64,000 bases of DNA from an uncultured virus (IMG/VR IMGVR_UViG_3300013936_000024) (Duplodnaviria; Heunggongvirae; Uroviricota; Caudoviricetes): IMG/VR virus record IMGVR_UViG_3300013936_000024; one strand, given 5' to 3'. Made by a program: the position numbers and the translations under genes. Shown one piece after another: positions 39,178-49,027 of the stretch; within the stretch, counting starts at the first letter, position 1, and every line of letters begins with the position of its first letter. Below the pieces are notes generated by a model. The model ran no database searches. It saw only the letters and a list, made by a program, of their open reading frames with translations, and had not been told where the DNA came from.

Positions 39178-39809
39178 TAAATTTCAGTATTATTAATATT
39201 ATTAGTTTTGTTCTCATTCTGACGATGGCATTCTATTGCCGTCAATTGGTTTGCAATTTTGACTAATTGGCACAAAGGATTAACGTACATATCAGCTTTT
39301 TTATTATCGTCATCTTTGTCAATAATTCTGATTGCCTCATATTCTTCCTCTGTGAGTTTTATACCATACTTTTGACAGAGATATATTGAACGTTCACCAC
39401 ATTTTAATGTTGTTGCCATATTAGGATTAAAATCGAAGACATAACCGTTTTTAATTTTCCATTGTTGATCCTGAGGTACGAACATTTCAGCTTTTGAAAT
39501 ATGCTGTAGTAACAGAACTTTCATCAAAGTGTTAGAATCAACTTTCAAAAATGGGTGCTTCATTCGTTGTTTCACATTTAAACCGAAAGCATCCTCATTA
39601 ATATGGTAAGCAATCACACATAGATGATTCAAGACGGTATCTATCATACTGCCGTCATATGCACAGCCGCTGACAGTCGATAGAGTGAAGCTTGCCCTTT
39701 TAAGTTTATCACCGATTTCACTTATCATTTCCTCGGAATAACAACCATACTTCTTGAGTCTTTCAACCCACTGCACAAAATTTGAATTAAGTTTTTCTTC
39801 AGTAATCAT
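39177..39809 (-). CDS. Degenerate HD-domain-like protein
   Basis: Layout AYDGSM...LLQHISK...GERSIYLCQKYGIKLTEEEYEAI resembles phage HD proteins, but HD reads QH. Confidence 0.55.
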   Translation of the reverse strand: MITEEKLNSNFVQWVERLKKYGCYSEEMISEIGDKLKRASFTLSTVSGCAYDGSMIDTVLNHLCVIAYHINEDAFGLNVKQRMKHPFLKVDSNTLMKVLLLQHISKAEMFVPQDQQWKIKNGYVFDFNPNMATTLKCGERSIYLCQKYGIKLTEEEYEAIRIIDKDDDNKKADMYVNPLCQLVKIANQLTAIECHRQNENKTNNINNTEI

Positions 39810-39830
39810 TTTAATTTCTTTTTAACATTG

Positions 39831-39838
39831 CAAATGTA
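39831..39838 (-). promoter_or_regulatory. Bacteroidota -7 element
   Basis: TACATTTG 21 nt upstream of ATG 39809. Confidence 0.5.
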
Positions 39839-39896
39839 CTACTTTATTGTCTACGGGTTATATTTATGATTGTTAATATTTACTAATTATTTGTTT

Positions 39897-40685
39897 ATGG
39901 CAAGAAAAAAGACCTCGATTAAATCTACTGATAGTATACAGAACGAAAAAGCGATTAATAAAGAAAGGGAGTCTGTTATTGACTATAAAATAAAATTAAG
40001 CTGTAAAAACAATAAACAAAAGGATTTCGTAAATTCACTAAAAGATAATAGTAAAGAAATTTGTTTTGGTGTAGGTGCTGCTGGTACAGGAAAAACGTAT
40101 TTATCATTGGCTACATCATTAAAGTTATTAATAACTGAGAGTGAACGTTTCAAGAAAATTTTTATTTTTGTCAATCCTTGTGAATCGACCCATAGTCTAT
40201 CTATCGGTTTTTTGAAAGGAACTTATGAAGAAAAAATAGAACCTTATATTCAAAACGCATTAAACAATATCCGTAAGATTCTAGAAGCTTCTGGTAATAC
40301 CGATTGCGATTGTTTATTGGGCAATCTGATAACGAAAGGAATAATTAATTTTGAGATAATTAATTATGTGAAAGGTAAGACTTTTGAGAATTGCATATGT
40401 CTTGTTGAAGAAGCTGAGGACCTGTCAAAAGACGATATATTGTTATTATTAACGAGAAAGGGTGGTCACGACTGTAAATTCGTAATTAGTGGGGATGATA
40501 AACAGATTTCACGTACTGATATTCGTAAGAATAAATCAATCGAAGGATTAAGCTATGCTGCGAGGGTATTGTCTCCATTGGATGAAGTGGCTGTTACCAA
40601 ATTCAATAATGATGATATTGTAAGAGATAAATTGATAACAAAGATAATAGAACTGTTTAATAAAAATGATGGTGATACTAATTGA
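39897..40685 (+). CDS. phoH: PhoH-family ATPase
   Basis: GAAGTGKT, IGFLKG, KGKTF, LVEEAED, GDDKQ, DDIVR; ATG 39897 preferred over TTG 39870. Confidence 0.9.
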   Translation: MARKKTSIKSTDSIQNEKAINKERESVIDYKIKLSCKNNKQKDFVNSLKDNSKEICFGVGAAGTGKTYLSLATSLKLLITESERFKKIFIFVNPCESTHSLSIGFLKGTYEEKIEPYIQNALNNIRKILEASGNTDCDCLLGNLITKGIINFEIINYVKGKTFENCICLVEEAEDLSKDDILLLLTRKGGHDCKFVISGDDKQISRTDIRKNKSIEGLSYAARVLSPLDEVAVTKFNNDDIVRDKLITKIIELFNKNDGDTN

Positions 40686-40702
40686 TAGTATCACCATTTG
40701 TA

Positions 40703-41404
40703 TTATTTCTTTTTATTCTTACCAATATATTTCATTTGGCATTCATAAACATTGTTGTTATCATCCAAAAATAAAAATTTATTACCCATTTTCATCGCCT
40801 TTAAATTACCAAGTTCATCATTATGCGAAATCCCTTCATTCAACAACGTTTCTTTTAGATTACCTAATTTTTCATTTATAACACTTTCTACAATAGTCTT
40901 AATTAGCGAGTAATCTATTACCGTAGAATTATCATTAGTATTGACGATTTGTTTTTGTTCTGCTATTTTTGTTGATTGACTCTGTTTATCGCTCTCCTCT
41001 AATTTTTTTTGTATATCTTGTACGTTTTTGATACCTGGTATTCGTTGACTTAATTTCTTGGTGAACTCCGTCATATTATTGTCTTCATACATATTGGCAT
41101 CAAGTTCACAAGGATTATTCAATATTGATTCAAGTATTCTGTTAGGGACTTTCGTATTATGATTATATCCATTATTTGAACGGGAAGCTCTTTCCTTTAT
41201 TAACTTCATCTCGGCTTCGGCTGAATATTGTTTCTTCTCTTTCTCACTCGGTACGTATTTACCAAATACTTGGTCATCATAAGTCTTGAGCTGCTCCTCC
41301 AAATTCATTTTTCTTTGTTGTGGTTGTTGAGCATTACCCGATGCGACTTGTTGGTCAACTTTCTTGCTGATTTCCAACATTCGTTTTAGTGTGTCATTTG
41401 CCAT
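40703..41404 (-). CDS. Hypothetical protein
   Basis: 233 aa ORF. Confidence 0.65.
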   Translation of the reverse strand: MANDTLKRMLEISKKVDQQVASGNAQQPQQRKMNLEEQLKTYDDQVFGKYVPSEKEKKQYSAEAEMKLIKERASRSNNGYNHNTKVPNRILESILNNPCELDANMYEDNNMTEFTKKLSQRIPGIKNVQDIQKKLEESDKQSQSTKIAEQKQIVNTNDNSTVIDYSLIKTIVESVINEKLGNLKETLLNEGISHNDELGNLKAMKMGNKFLFLDDNNNVYECQMKYIGKNKKK

Positions 41405-41459
41405 TTGTCTAATTATACTATTATTATTTAATATAATGTAGTAACCTTCATAATTTCAA

Positions 41460-42449
41460 TTATTTCTTTTTTAGTTTATCCAAATCGATTTTCCTTGGAT
41501 TTTGCAATTGTTGCCTTAGTCTTTCCATTCCACGTTCGGTATCGGTCTTGTAAGGCTCAACAGCCGGGTGGTCATTTGTTACTTTATTCATTTCATCATT
41601 ATCGTCGTTGTCGATGCCTTTGACACGTTTAACCAAATCGGAATACTTTATTGGTTTTGATGTATCACCTAATCGACTTCTTAGTTTATCCAAGTCGATT
41701 TTCCTTGGATTTTGCAATTGTTGCCTTAGTCTTTCCATTCCACGCTCGGTATCGGTCTTGTAAGGCTGTTCGGAAGGAGACTTTATATTATTATTATTAT
41801 TATTATTATCTTTCACCTTTTCAGTAGGTTCTTTCAATTTAGGACCAGTATCGTTCGATGAAGGTGTGTCGAGATTTTTAAAGCCATTCTTAGTCTTAAT
41901 ATCAGACAACTTGATTGGATTTTGCAATTGTTGCCTTAGTCTTTCCATTCCACGCTCGGTATCGGTCTTGTAAGTGCCATTATCTTTATCGGTGGAGGCT
42001 TTCATACGTGGTCCTTTTGATGGAGTATGTAATTCGGTATTTACGATATTTTCATTTCCAAACTTGGCGATTTTGTATACGACGCTCATCGTGTCGTCCC
42101 CATTTGGGTTAAAGTCGCCTAAACCCTTATAAAAGAAATCCGCAGGTCTATCGAATGTCTGATTCGTTTCTTTCCATGCTGATATTCTATCCAATCGGAA
42201 GAATTTCCAACTAGGGACACGTGATGTTGTATCGCCATAGGGTTGGAAACATCTTATAACAGGATTGCCTGCCTTAGTTAAACCATAGGCATACACTTCA
42301 ATAACTCTTGCACCCGTATTTTTATCTTCACCTTTTGTATGATAATTGATAATAACCCGTTTATGACGATCTATCACATCGTTGACCTCGCTGATGGATA
42401 CATCTTCATTTAATAACAATTTATCTATAATATCTCCGAATATTGCCAT
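41460..42449 (-). CDS. WYL-domain protein with a repetitive C-terminus
   Basis: INY...GARVIEVYAYG...WKFFRLDRI (WYL); three YKTDTERGMERLRQQLQNP repeats. Confidence 0.75.
   Translation of the reverse strand: MAIFGDIIDKLLLNEDVSISEVNDVIDRHKRVIINYHTKGEDKNTGARVIEVYAYGLTKAGNPVIRCFQPYGDTTSRVPSWKFFRLDRISAWKETNQTFDRPADFFYKGLGDFNPNGDDTMSVVYKIAKFGNENIVNTELHTPSKGPRMKASTDKDNGTYKTDTERGMERLRQQLQNPIKLSDIKTKNGFKNLDTPSSNDTGPKLKEPTEKVKDNNNNNNNIKSPSEQPYKTDTERGMERLRQQLQNPRKIDLDKLRSRLGDTSKPIKYSDLVKRVKGIDNDDNDEMNKVTNDHPAVEPYKTDTERGMERLRQQLQNPRKIDLDKLKKK
41471..41974. repeat. Three near-identical intragenic direct repeats
   Basis: 87 bp at 41471-41557 and 41681-41767 (2 mismatches); 60 bp core at 41915-41974. Confidence 0.9.
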
Positions 42450-42538
42450 TTTAAAATTAATCTAAATTATAAAGGTAGACAAAAAAGTCACCCCATTATA
42501 GAATAAATAGGATGACTAATATCATTTAACCAATTATA

Positions 42539-42904
42539 TTACCGTGTCTGATACTGACCTTCTCTTACATTTTCTGACGTATCCACTAATTTTGCCGAAT
42601 AAATATTCTCTTGATTGTAAAGGCTTCGAGCCAAAGCGGTATTTCTTGCCTCATTATCGTCTTTATTACCAGGCCCACTGCTGATGGCAGTATCGAAATT
42701 AGTATAACTGATGACGTTTAGTGTACCATTACAGTTCGGTAATGAGAATGTGTGTCCACCATAACCAGTACCTTTACCTTGTGCATCGCCTGTTGCCAAG
42801 GCATCAGTATGTGTTACTGAATATTGATCCTCTCTATTATAATCGGAACGCACCTCTTCCACGTGACGTTCTTCCATACTTCTTTTCTCAAGACATGATT
42901 TCAT
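42539..42904 (-). CDS. Hypothetical protein
   Basis: 121 aa; HTDALATGDAQGKGTG; TATTTAT upstream. Confidence 0.65.
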   Translation of the reverse strand: MKSCLEKRSMEERHVEEVRSDYNREDQYSVTHTDALATGDAQGKGTGYGGHTFSLPNCNGTLNVISYTNFDTAISSGPGNKDDNEARNTALARSLYNQENIYSAKLVDTSENVREGQYQTR

Positions 42905-42948
42905 CTGTAAACTTCATTTAATTTATTATTCTATAAATATCAGTAACG

Positions 42949-43185
42949 TTACTTTTTAGCGTTACGTTTTCGCATTCTTTCCTCGGCATCCCTCTTCGCC
43001 TTAGCATACGATGGGTTACGTTCTTCGGGAGTTCTGTTGTCGCCTCCTAAGAATGGACTGAAATTCCTTTTTCTATCAGCTTCCGAATATGGAGTGAATT
43101 TGTCAACCATGGCTTCCACCACATTATTCAAGGCATCCCTTGCAATATGCCTAAGGTTATTCTCATTAATTGTAATCTATTTCAT
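42949..43185 (-). pseudogene. Small protein with an in-frame TAG at codon 3 (nonsense allele or read-through)
   Basis: A TAATG-coupled ATG at 43185 gives M-K-*-ITINENNLRHIARDALNNVVEA..., in frame with the ORF 42949..43131. Confidence 0.55.
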
Positions 43186-44339
43186 TATCGTCTCCTGTAA
43201 TAATCATTATATATTTCATCTGTCAGACCATTGTCGAGTAGCACAATGGTCGGATAACCATTCCTCAAAGTCATTCCATAATTTCGTCTCACCAACATAT
43301 CACCTATCGGTGGTTTATAACCTCCTATGTATTCGTCCCAATTCATCAAGTCTTCATTTTCCGACATTTCTTCATATGTCGAGGTATCCATCATATTATT
43401 ACCACATAGATAACCTAGGTTTCTTTTACCATACCGTAAGGCATATGAGGTTATAAGGAAACGATAAAAAGTATTTTCATCAATTCCGAGACATTCCTTA
43501 AAATCCTTTGCCGTTGCTGGTAATACATATTCAGTGACTATCCATTTACCTTCATCGTCTGAATCATATATTTCTGGTACAATACCCATCTGTTCCAAAT
43601 AATAGTCTTTTTGTCCTTCTTGACCATTTTGGGCTATTCCCTTTTGATTGATTGCCAATTTAAGCACCTTTTGATCACTCAATTGGAAGACGACCCTCGA
43701 AGAACCTTTACCTATCGAATTACCAATATGTAATTTGCAATAATTATAACGTCCACGAAATGAATTTATTCCCGATAAGACATCAAGACTAAATTCGTCG
43801 TCTTGCGCCTCTTTTATTAATCTTATTTGATTTTCAGATAGATAGATTGTTTTAGGGCTTACCGATTCATATTTAACGCCATTACCATTCGATATACTAT
43901 TTGTTATATCGTTAGTCTGAAATTTTGTGACGGTAGGTTTCATTTTACTATGCGTTTGACGGTCTTTTGTATGCGGTTTTATAAAAGCGTTTGCAATGCC
44001 CGCATCTTTCTTCGCTTGTTTGAATCCCTTTATTGCTGTAGTCGCCGTATTCAAGGTATTATTTACCCACGTCTTAATTACGTCGCCTCCATTTAATTTG
44101 TATTCATCCGAATTAACATCACCTTGGAAACTATCGAAATAATTTTTCAGTCGTTTCATTTCTTGATATTTTATTCCATTCATTGACAAGACGTTGTTTA
44201 AACGTTTGTATCCGTCAACATCTTTATCCCCTGTGTAATTCTTCAATGTGGCAACCAAGTATTTCCTTACACCTTTTGGTAACGGGAATTGCCTATTTTT
44301 AAGGTCTTTATTTCCACCTTCTAAAAGTAAGTGTATCAT
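43185..44339 (-). CDS. Two-domain protein with a C-terminal protein-kinase-like domain
   Basis: IGKGSSRVVF...VLKLA, IVTEY, GD....NYG, LLDNG. Confidence 0.65.
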   Translation of the reverse strand: MIHLLLEGGNKDLKNRQFPLPKGVRKYLVATLKNYTGDKDVDGYKRLNNVLSMNGIKYQEMKRLKNYFDSFQGDVNSDEYKLNGGDVIKTWVNNTLNTATTAIKGFKQAKKDAGIANAFIKPHTKDRQTHSKMKPTVTKFQTNDITNSISNGNGVKYESVSPKTIYLSENQIRLIKEAQDDEFSLDVLSGINSFRGRYNYCKLHIGNSIGKGSSRVVFQLSDQKVLKLAINQKGIAQNGQEGQKDYYLEQMGIVPEIYDSDDEGKWIVTEYVLPATAKDFKECLGIDENTFYRFLITSYALRYGKRNLGYLCGNNMMDTSTYEEMSENEDLMNWDEYIGGYKPPIGDMLVRRNYGMTLRNGYPTIVLLDNGLTDEIYNDYYRRR

Positions 44340-44347
44340 ATTGCCTA

Positions 44348-44872
44348 TTATTTAACCTTATTATTCGAGAGTAATTTCATAATGAGTTCTTTTTTCCATT
44401 TGTAAGGTATATTATTCATATCGACGTTTTCAAGTATTTTATTCAGCACTATTGCTTGTTGCCTTGAATTAAGATTACTCATTGCATTTACCAACATATC
44501 CGTTTTATAATCAACCCCTTGCGGTATTTTAACCAAGTTGTCATTATTGTCGCCATTGCTTAGAATATCGAGTTCATCGTTATTATAGAAATCATCGACA
44601 TTATCATTGTTCACATCAACCCCTTCTCTCATACAATGATGATATCCATTGGAGTAATTGTTAAATCTACTGTATGTTTGAGGTGTCATGGATGCTGCAA
44701 CCCTATCGCCTATCAAAGTGTCTCCGCCTTCGGTGTCATCAATTTTACCATCTACTCCTATTTGGGTCTGACCGTTGCTCGAAGGCATATCGTTTTCGTT
44801 ATCTATGTAATCGAAGTCACATTCATCGGCTTCTCTTAATTGCTTTCTCGTAAGTTTTATAATCTTTGGCAT
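44348..44872 (-). CDS. Hypothetical (putative internal head) protein
   Basis: N-terminus MPKIIKLTRKQLREA; TATTTAT upstream. Confidence 0.65.
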   Translation of the reverse strand: MPKIIKLTRKQLREADECDFDYIDNENDMPSSNGQTQIGVDGKIDDTEGGDTLIGDRVAASMTPQTYSRFNNYSNGYHHCMREGVDVNNDNVDDFYNNDELDILSNGDNNDNLVKIPQGVDYKTDMLVNAMSNLNSRQQAIVLNKILENVDMNNIPYKWKKELIMKLLSNNKVK

Positions 44873-44920
44873 AATATTGTCAACTATTTATTACATATAA
44901 TATAAATATGTAAAACTCCT

Positions 44921-46651
44921 ATGAGTAACATACTTGAGCATAATAGAAATATATTCGACTTTATACTTAACCGAGAAAATTATTGGGACTTTCATCTAAG
45001 CACGAATTATAGGACAGGGGGTAATTTAAATGAAGGATTAACCACCCATTGTCTTTCTTCGTTTATTGACTTCAATAACCCTGAATGCGTATTTATGGAC
45101 AAGGCATATTCACTATCGGATTATAGATGGGAAAATGCAGTCAATAAAGGGGTCACATTAAATAGTATCGGATACACAGGTGTTGATAATGGGTACGTAA
45201 GTTTCGATAAGGATTCAATCACAAATCACGAGTTTTTAAGATTGTTCACGAATTCATCATTATCTATTGAAAAAGATGATTTAAGATTTACGTTGAATAA
45301 AGTAAACGGTAATAATATGTTATATGACTACAGTAATAACATTGCCGTTAATGACGGAATTGGTGTTGCAAGACTAAGAGGAGGTTTTTATCAAGGATTT
45401 TTCAAGACTAAATGTAGCGACTATCAGGTACTTCCGTCAAATATAGATAATGGCATAACTATTGAAATTACTTTAAATAAATGTGGAGATTACATAACTG
45501 ACAAGAGATTATTAAATACCGTTCACCCATCTAATGAAGGTATGTTTTTCTTCATAGGTACTCGTGCCGAGAATAAATGGATTAAAAATTACACGACTGA
45601 ATATTCTAATGAAATCGATAATTCGAAATATTTCAAAGACGGCTATACGAAGGATGATTTTTATATAAAAGAACATATGAATGACCAATATATTAAAGAG
45701 ATTGATGATACAATTATCAATACTGAGTATATGAAGCAACCAGAAGAATGTAAAATTGGCAACTATTTGTCTGACGATTATTCAGAGGATGGTTATTTTG
45801 ATAATGAAAATAAATGTGATATTTACCATAACTATTTTATGGATGGCTATCTGAACGACAATGATGAAAGCATTAATGATGACGATTTTACGACAGAAGA
45901 AGGATACGATATTTATCAGCCTAACATTGAAGAGATAAGAACTGATAATAAGTTCATAACATATAATCACACGAAAGATGGTCTTGACATCAACAAAGAT
46001 GACGGAAAAAATGAAACAATATTATATAATGTAAAATGTCCTGAAATGGAAAATTATTTTACATTATTTAATAGGGCGGACAAAGGATGCACGACCGAAA
46101 ATATAGATTCTTTGTTGAAAATAGAAAGCAAAAAGTATTCTGTTAACAATGATATAGCTAATAATGCATTGGGGTTTAGAATTACTGATGATGGTAGAAT
46201 AGGATATCGTTACTTGATTAAAGATTGTGACAACGAAAAAGGATTAGGAATTATTGAGGAATATACAAATAGTCATATAATTGATAACGACAAATGGTAT
46301 ACTGTTTCTGTCACATTGCATAAATGCTCTGTAGATAAAATGAAATTGTTTTTCTATTGTAATGGAAAATTAAAGATGATATCAAAGGAAATTCCTATAT
46401 TGCGGTTACATGAACTCAACGACCTATATAGTAAGCAGGAAGGTGTACCATATAATATATCAATAGGCGGAGGTACACAAGGATTGTGTGATGTTATTTA
46501 TCCATTGTATCGAGATAATCCTTCTATTGTATATCCATTAGAAAAGTACTTTGCTGGTAGTTTTATTGGGGATATTCGATTATTTAGATTCTATTCTTGC
46601 GAATTAAATGGAAGTGAGATTGAAAATAACTACAAAAATGATATTATTTAG
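44921..46651 (+). CDS. Putative virion protein with LamG/concanavalin-like C-terminus
   Basis: DKWYTVSVT...FFYCNGKL...ISIGG...FIGDIRLFRFYSCELNGSEI. Confidence 0.6.
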   Translation: MSNILEHNRNIFDFILNRENYWDFHLSTNYRTGGNLNEGLTTHCLSSFIDFNNPECVFMDKAYSLSDYRWENAVNKGVTLNSIGYTGVDNGYVSFDKDSITNHEFLRLFTNSSLSIEKDDLRFTLNKVNGNNMLYDYSNNIAVNDGIGVARLRGGFYQGFFKTKCSDYQVLPSNIDNGITIEITLNKCGDYITDKRLLNTVHPSNEGMFFFIGTRAENKWIKNYTTEYSNEIDNSKYFKDGYTKDDFYIKEHMNDQYIKEIDDTIINTEYMKQPEECKIGNYLSDDYSEDGYFDNENKCDIYHNYFMDGYLNDNDESINDDDFTTEEGYDIYQPNIEEIRTDNKFITYNHTKDGLDINKDDGKNETILYNVKCPEMENYFTLFNRADKGCTTENIDSLLKIESKKYSVNNDIANNALGFRITDDGRIGYRYLIKDCDNEKGLGIIEEYTNSHIIDNDKWYTVSVTLHKCSVDKMKLFFYCNGKLKMISKEIPILRLHELNDLYSKQEGVPYNISIGGGTQGLCDVIYPLYRDNPSIVYPLEKYFAGSFIGDIRLFRFYSCELNGSEIENNYKNDII

Positions 46652-46693
46652 ACTTGCAGTAAGATATTTATAATTAAATAATTTTATTTGATA

Positions 46694-49015
46694 ATGATTA
46701 ACGGAATAACATATTTCAGAAAAAATTCTCCTTATAGTGGAGACGTTACGAAAAATTGTGCCCTTGACGGTATCGAGGTGGACAATAATTTCTTTGTCCT
46801 TGAAGGTCGTGACATAAAATCACTAAGAATCGAAGATAGTGACATTGTCATTGAATTGCTAAACGGTGATATTATGCGTTCTGCTGATGCACTAAAGGGT
46901 ATTACAGATTTGCAACAAACCTCAATATCAGACATTGTGTTTGACAAAGAAAATGGAATATTGAAATTCACGAGGAACGGAGAACAAATAGCGATTACAG
47001 GTTTTGCTACTGAAATGAATACAGGTGTTACAGTATCAGTTGACGATAGTCTTAAAGGTAATGGGCTTGCAGCCAATCCTGTATCAATTTCGCCCATGTT
47101 TAAAACAGGACAGTATAGACCAGTCAAAAGACTTATATCCGTGGCTGATGGTGAGAAAATGCCAAATTGCAGCGTTTCTGTTGTCGGTGATAGATACCTT
47201 ACTAAAGAAAATGTAAGTACCTACGGAATGTTATACAATTACAAGGCAGTCAAAAAGATTGCATGTAATTTGCGTGACGCAAATTCTCCTTGGAGAATAC
47301 CGACAAAAGAAGATTGGGATGATATGCTTAACGCTGTCGAACCTTGTCCAAGTGATAGAGAACACAGTTCTGCATCTGCCAACAGATATCTTGGAGAATA
47401 CGCAGGAAAACTATTAAAATCAAAGGATTTATGGTTACATTCAGATGTGACTGACGGTTGTGGTGGAAATGGTACTTGTATTATTTATGATACTAACTGC
47501 GATGCAGTTGCCAATTCATGCGGAGATAATAATTGTGAAAATTCAGACAATGATAATTGCTGTTGTAGTTGTGATTGTGATGGTATACCTACAGATGGTC
47601 TTGATGCATTCGGATTCCGTGTAGTTCCATCAGGTTATGCTGACGATGGGCAAAATTTTGTATTCTTCGGAGAAAGAGCTTATTTCTGGACGGCAACGAA
47701 TTCAAATTGCGAGAGTGTATATGTTAAACGTTTTGAGAACAACAAGAATTCTGTTTATCAAAATGTAATTGCAGGCCAAAATTATCTTTCACTTAGATTA
47801 GTTAAGAATTATAATGGCAATAATTTCCATGAGAGTGAAAATATATTGTCGGATCAATATCCAACAGTACTAATGCCATCTGTAAAGAATGGTCATTCAA
47901 TATGGACTTCCGTCAATATCTCATTAGATTGTGGAAATTGTGGTAGACGAATTGAACCAAATAACGGTTTGGAATTAACTAGTACGACTAAATTTTATTT
48001 GAACGAATGGGATGGTAAAAATTGGCTACGAAACGAATTAAAGGATGGTGAAAGTGTTGTTATTATGAATTCACCTAATGGTCAGACAAATGATGAATAT
48101 CGTTTAAGCAACGGTAAATTAATAAATGTCGGAGAATTTGTAAAAGAGACTGTAAATGGTAATATTAACCCTAAGCTTGATGAATTAAACGCTAAATTAG
48201 AAAATGAGATAAATCGTTCCATTGCTAAGGATACATTAATTGAAGATACAATTAACAATGAATTGAAACCAAAATTGACACAGAATTCGGAAACTATCGA
48301 AACTGTCAATAATAATTTGGTTGCTTCAATAAATACGATAAACGATTCAATCAAGACCGTTAATGATAACTTGGTCGATGCCGTCAACACTATTAATGGC
48401 GGAATTGCAACTGAAATTCAGGAACGAAAGGATGCTGATGAGGAGATTAAGGCTACCGTTACAACAAACAAAGAAGTCTTAGATCAAGAGATTGAAAGAG
48501 CTAAGTCAAAAGAGGAAGAATTGGACAAGGCAATTACAAAAGAAAAACAAGATCGTGAAACTAAAGACACTGAATTAGAAGATAAAATTGAACAGTATAT
48601 AAATACTGGCAATGATGGTTATGCTCAATTGAAAGAACGTGTCGATGCAAACGAAGCCTCAATTGATAATTTGGATAACAGAATTGACACTACAGATTCA
48701 AACCTAAATCATACCAATCAGGTATTAACTGATTTCGGAAAAGAGACAGAAAAGGCATTTGAACAGATTAATAAGGTTATTTCTGATGGTTTCAACACTA
48801 TTAATGGCGGAATTGCAACTGAAATTCAGGAACGAAAGGATGCTGACAACACAGAAAAAGATGAGAGAATCGCTTCTGATAATAAAATTAAGGATGCAAT
48901 ATTAACAGATGAGGGTACTTCATTTGATACTGATAAAGGTATTTTAACTTTAAAGAGCAAGGGTGGTATAAATGACATAAAAGTTCAGTTCTCTATGAAT
49001 TTTGGAGAATTCTAA
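46694..49015 (+). CDS. Tail-fibre-like protein with a FISUMP (Fibrobacter succinogenes major) domain and coiled coil
   Basis: YGMLYNY, WRIPTKEDWDDM, AGKLLKS, FGFRVVPSG, GERAYFWTAT, LSLRLVK. Confidence 0.75.
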   Translation: MINGITYFRKNSPYSGDVTKNCALDGIEVDNNFFVLEGRDIKSLRIEDSDIVIELLNGDIMRSADALKGITDLQQTSISDIVFDKENGILKFTRNGEQIAITGFATEMNTGVTVSVDDSLKGNGLAANPVSISPMFKTGQYRPVKRLISVADGEKMPNCSVSVVGDRYLTKENVSTYGMLYNYKAVKKIACNLRDANSPWRIPTKEDWDDMLNAVEPCPSDREHSSASANRYLGEYAGKLLKSKDLWLHSDVTDGCGGNGTCIIYDTNCDAVANSCGDNNCENSDNDNCCCSCDCDGIPTDGLDAFGFRVVPSGYADDGQNFVFFGERAYFWTATNSNCESVYVKRFENNKNSVYQNVIAGQNYLSLRLVKNYNGNNFHESENILSDQYPTVLMPSVKNGHSIWTSVNISLDCGNCGRRIEPNNGLELTSTTKFYLNEWDGKNWLRNELKDGESVVIMNSPNGQTNDEYRLSNGKLINVGEFVKETVNGNINPKLDELNAKLENEINRSIAKDTLIEDTINNELKPKLTQNSETIETVNNNLVASINTINDSIKTVNDNLVDAVNTINGGIATEIQERKDADEEIKATVTTNKEVLDQEIERAKSKEEELDKAITKEKQDRETKDTELEDKIEQYINTGNDGYAQLKERVDANEASIDNLDNRIDTTDSNLNHTNQVLTDFGKETEKAFEQINKVISDGFNTINGGIATEIQERKDADNTEKDERIASDNKIKDAILTDEGTSFDTDKGILTLKSKGGINDIKVQFSMNFGEF

Positions 49016-49027
49016 TAATATTTATTA

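Noticed and set aside
41471..41974. CRISPR array
   Set aside because: The repeats are 60-87 bp, in frame within a CDS, with long coding spacers.
46694..49015. Diversity-generating retroelement target
   Set aside because: No reverse transcriptase or adenine-mismatched template repeat seen in the window.
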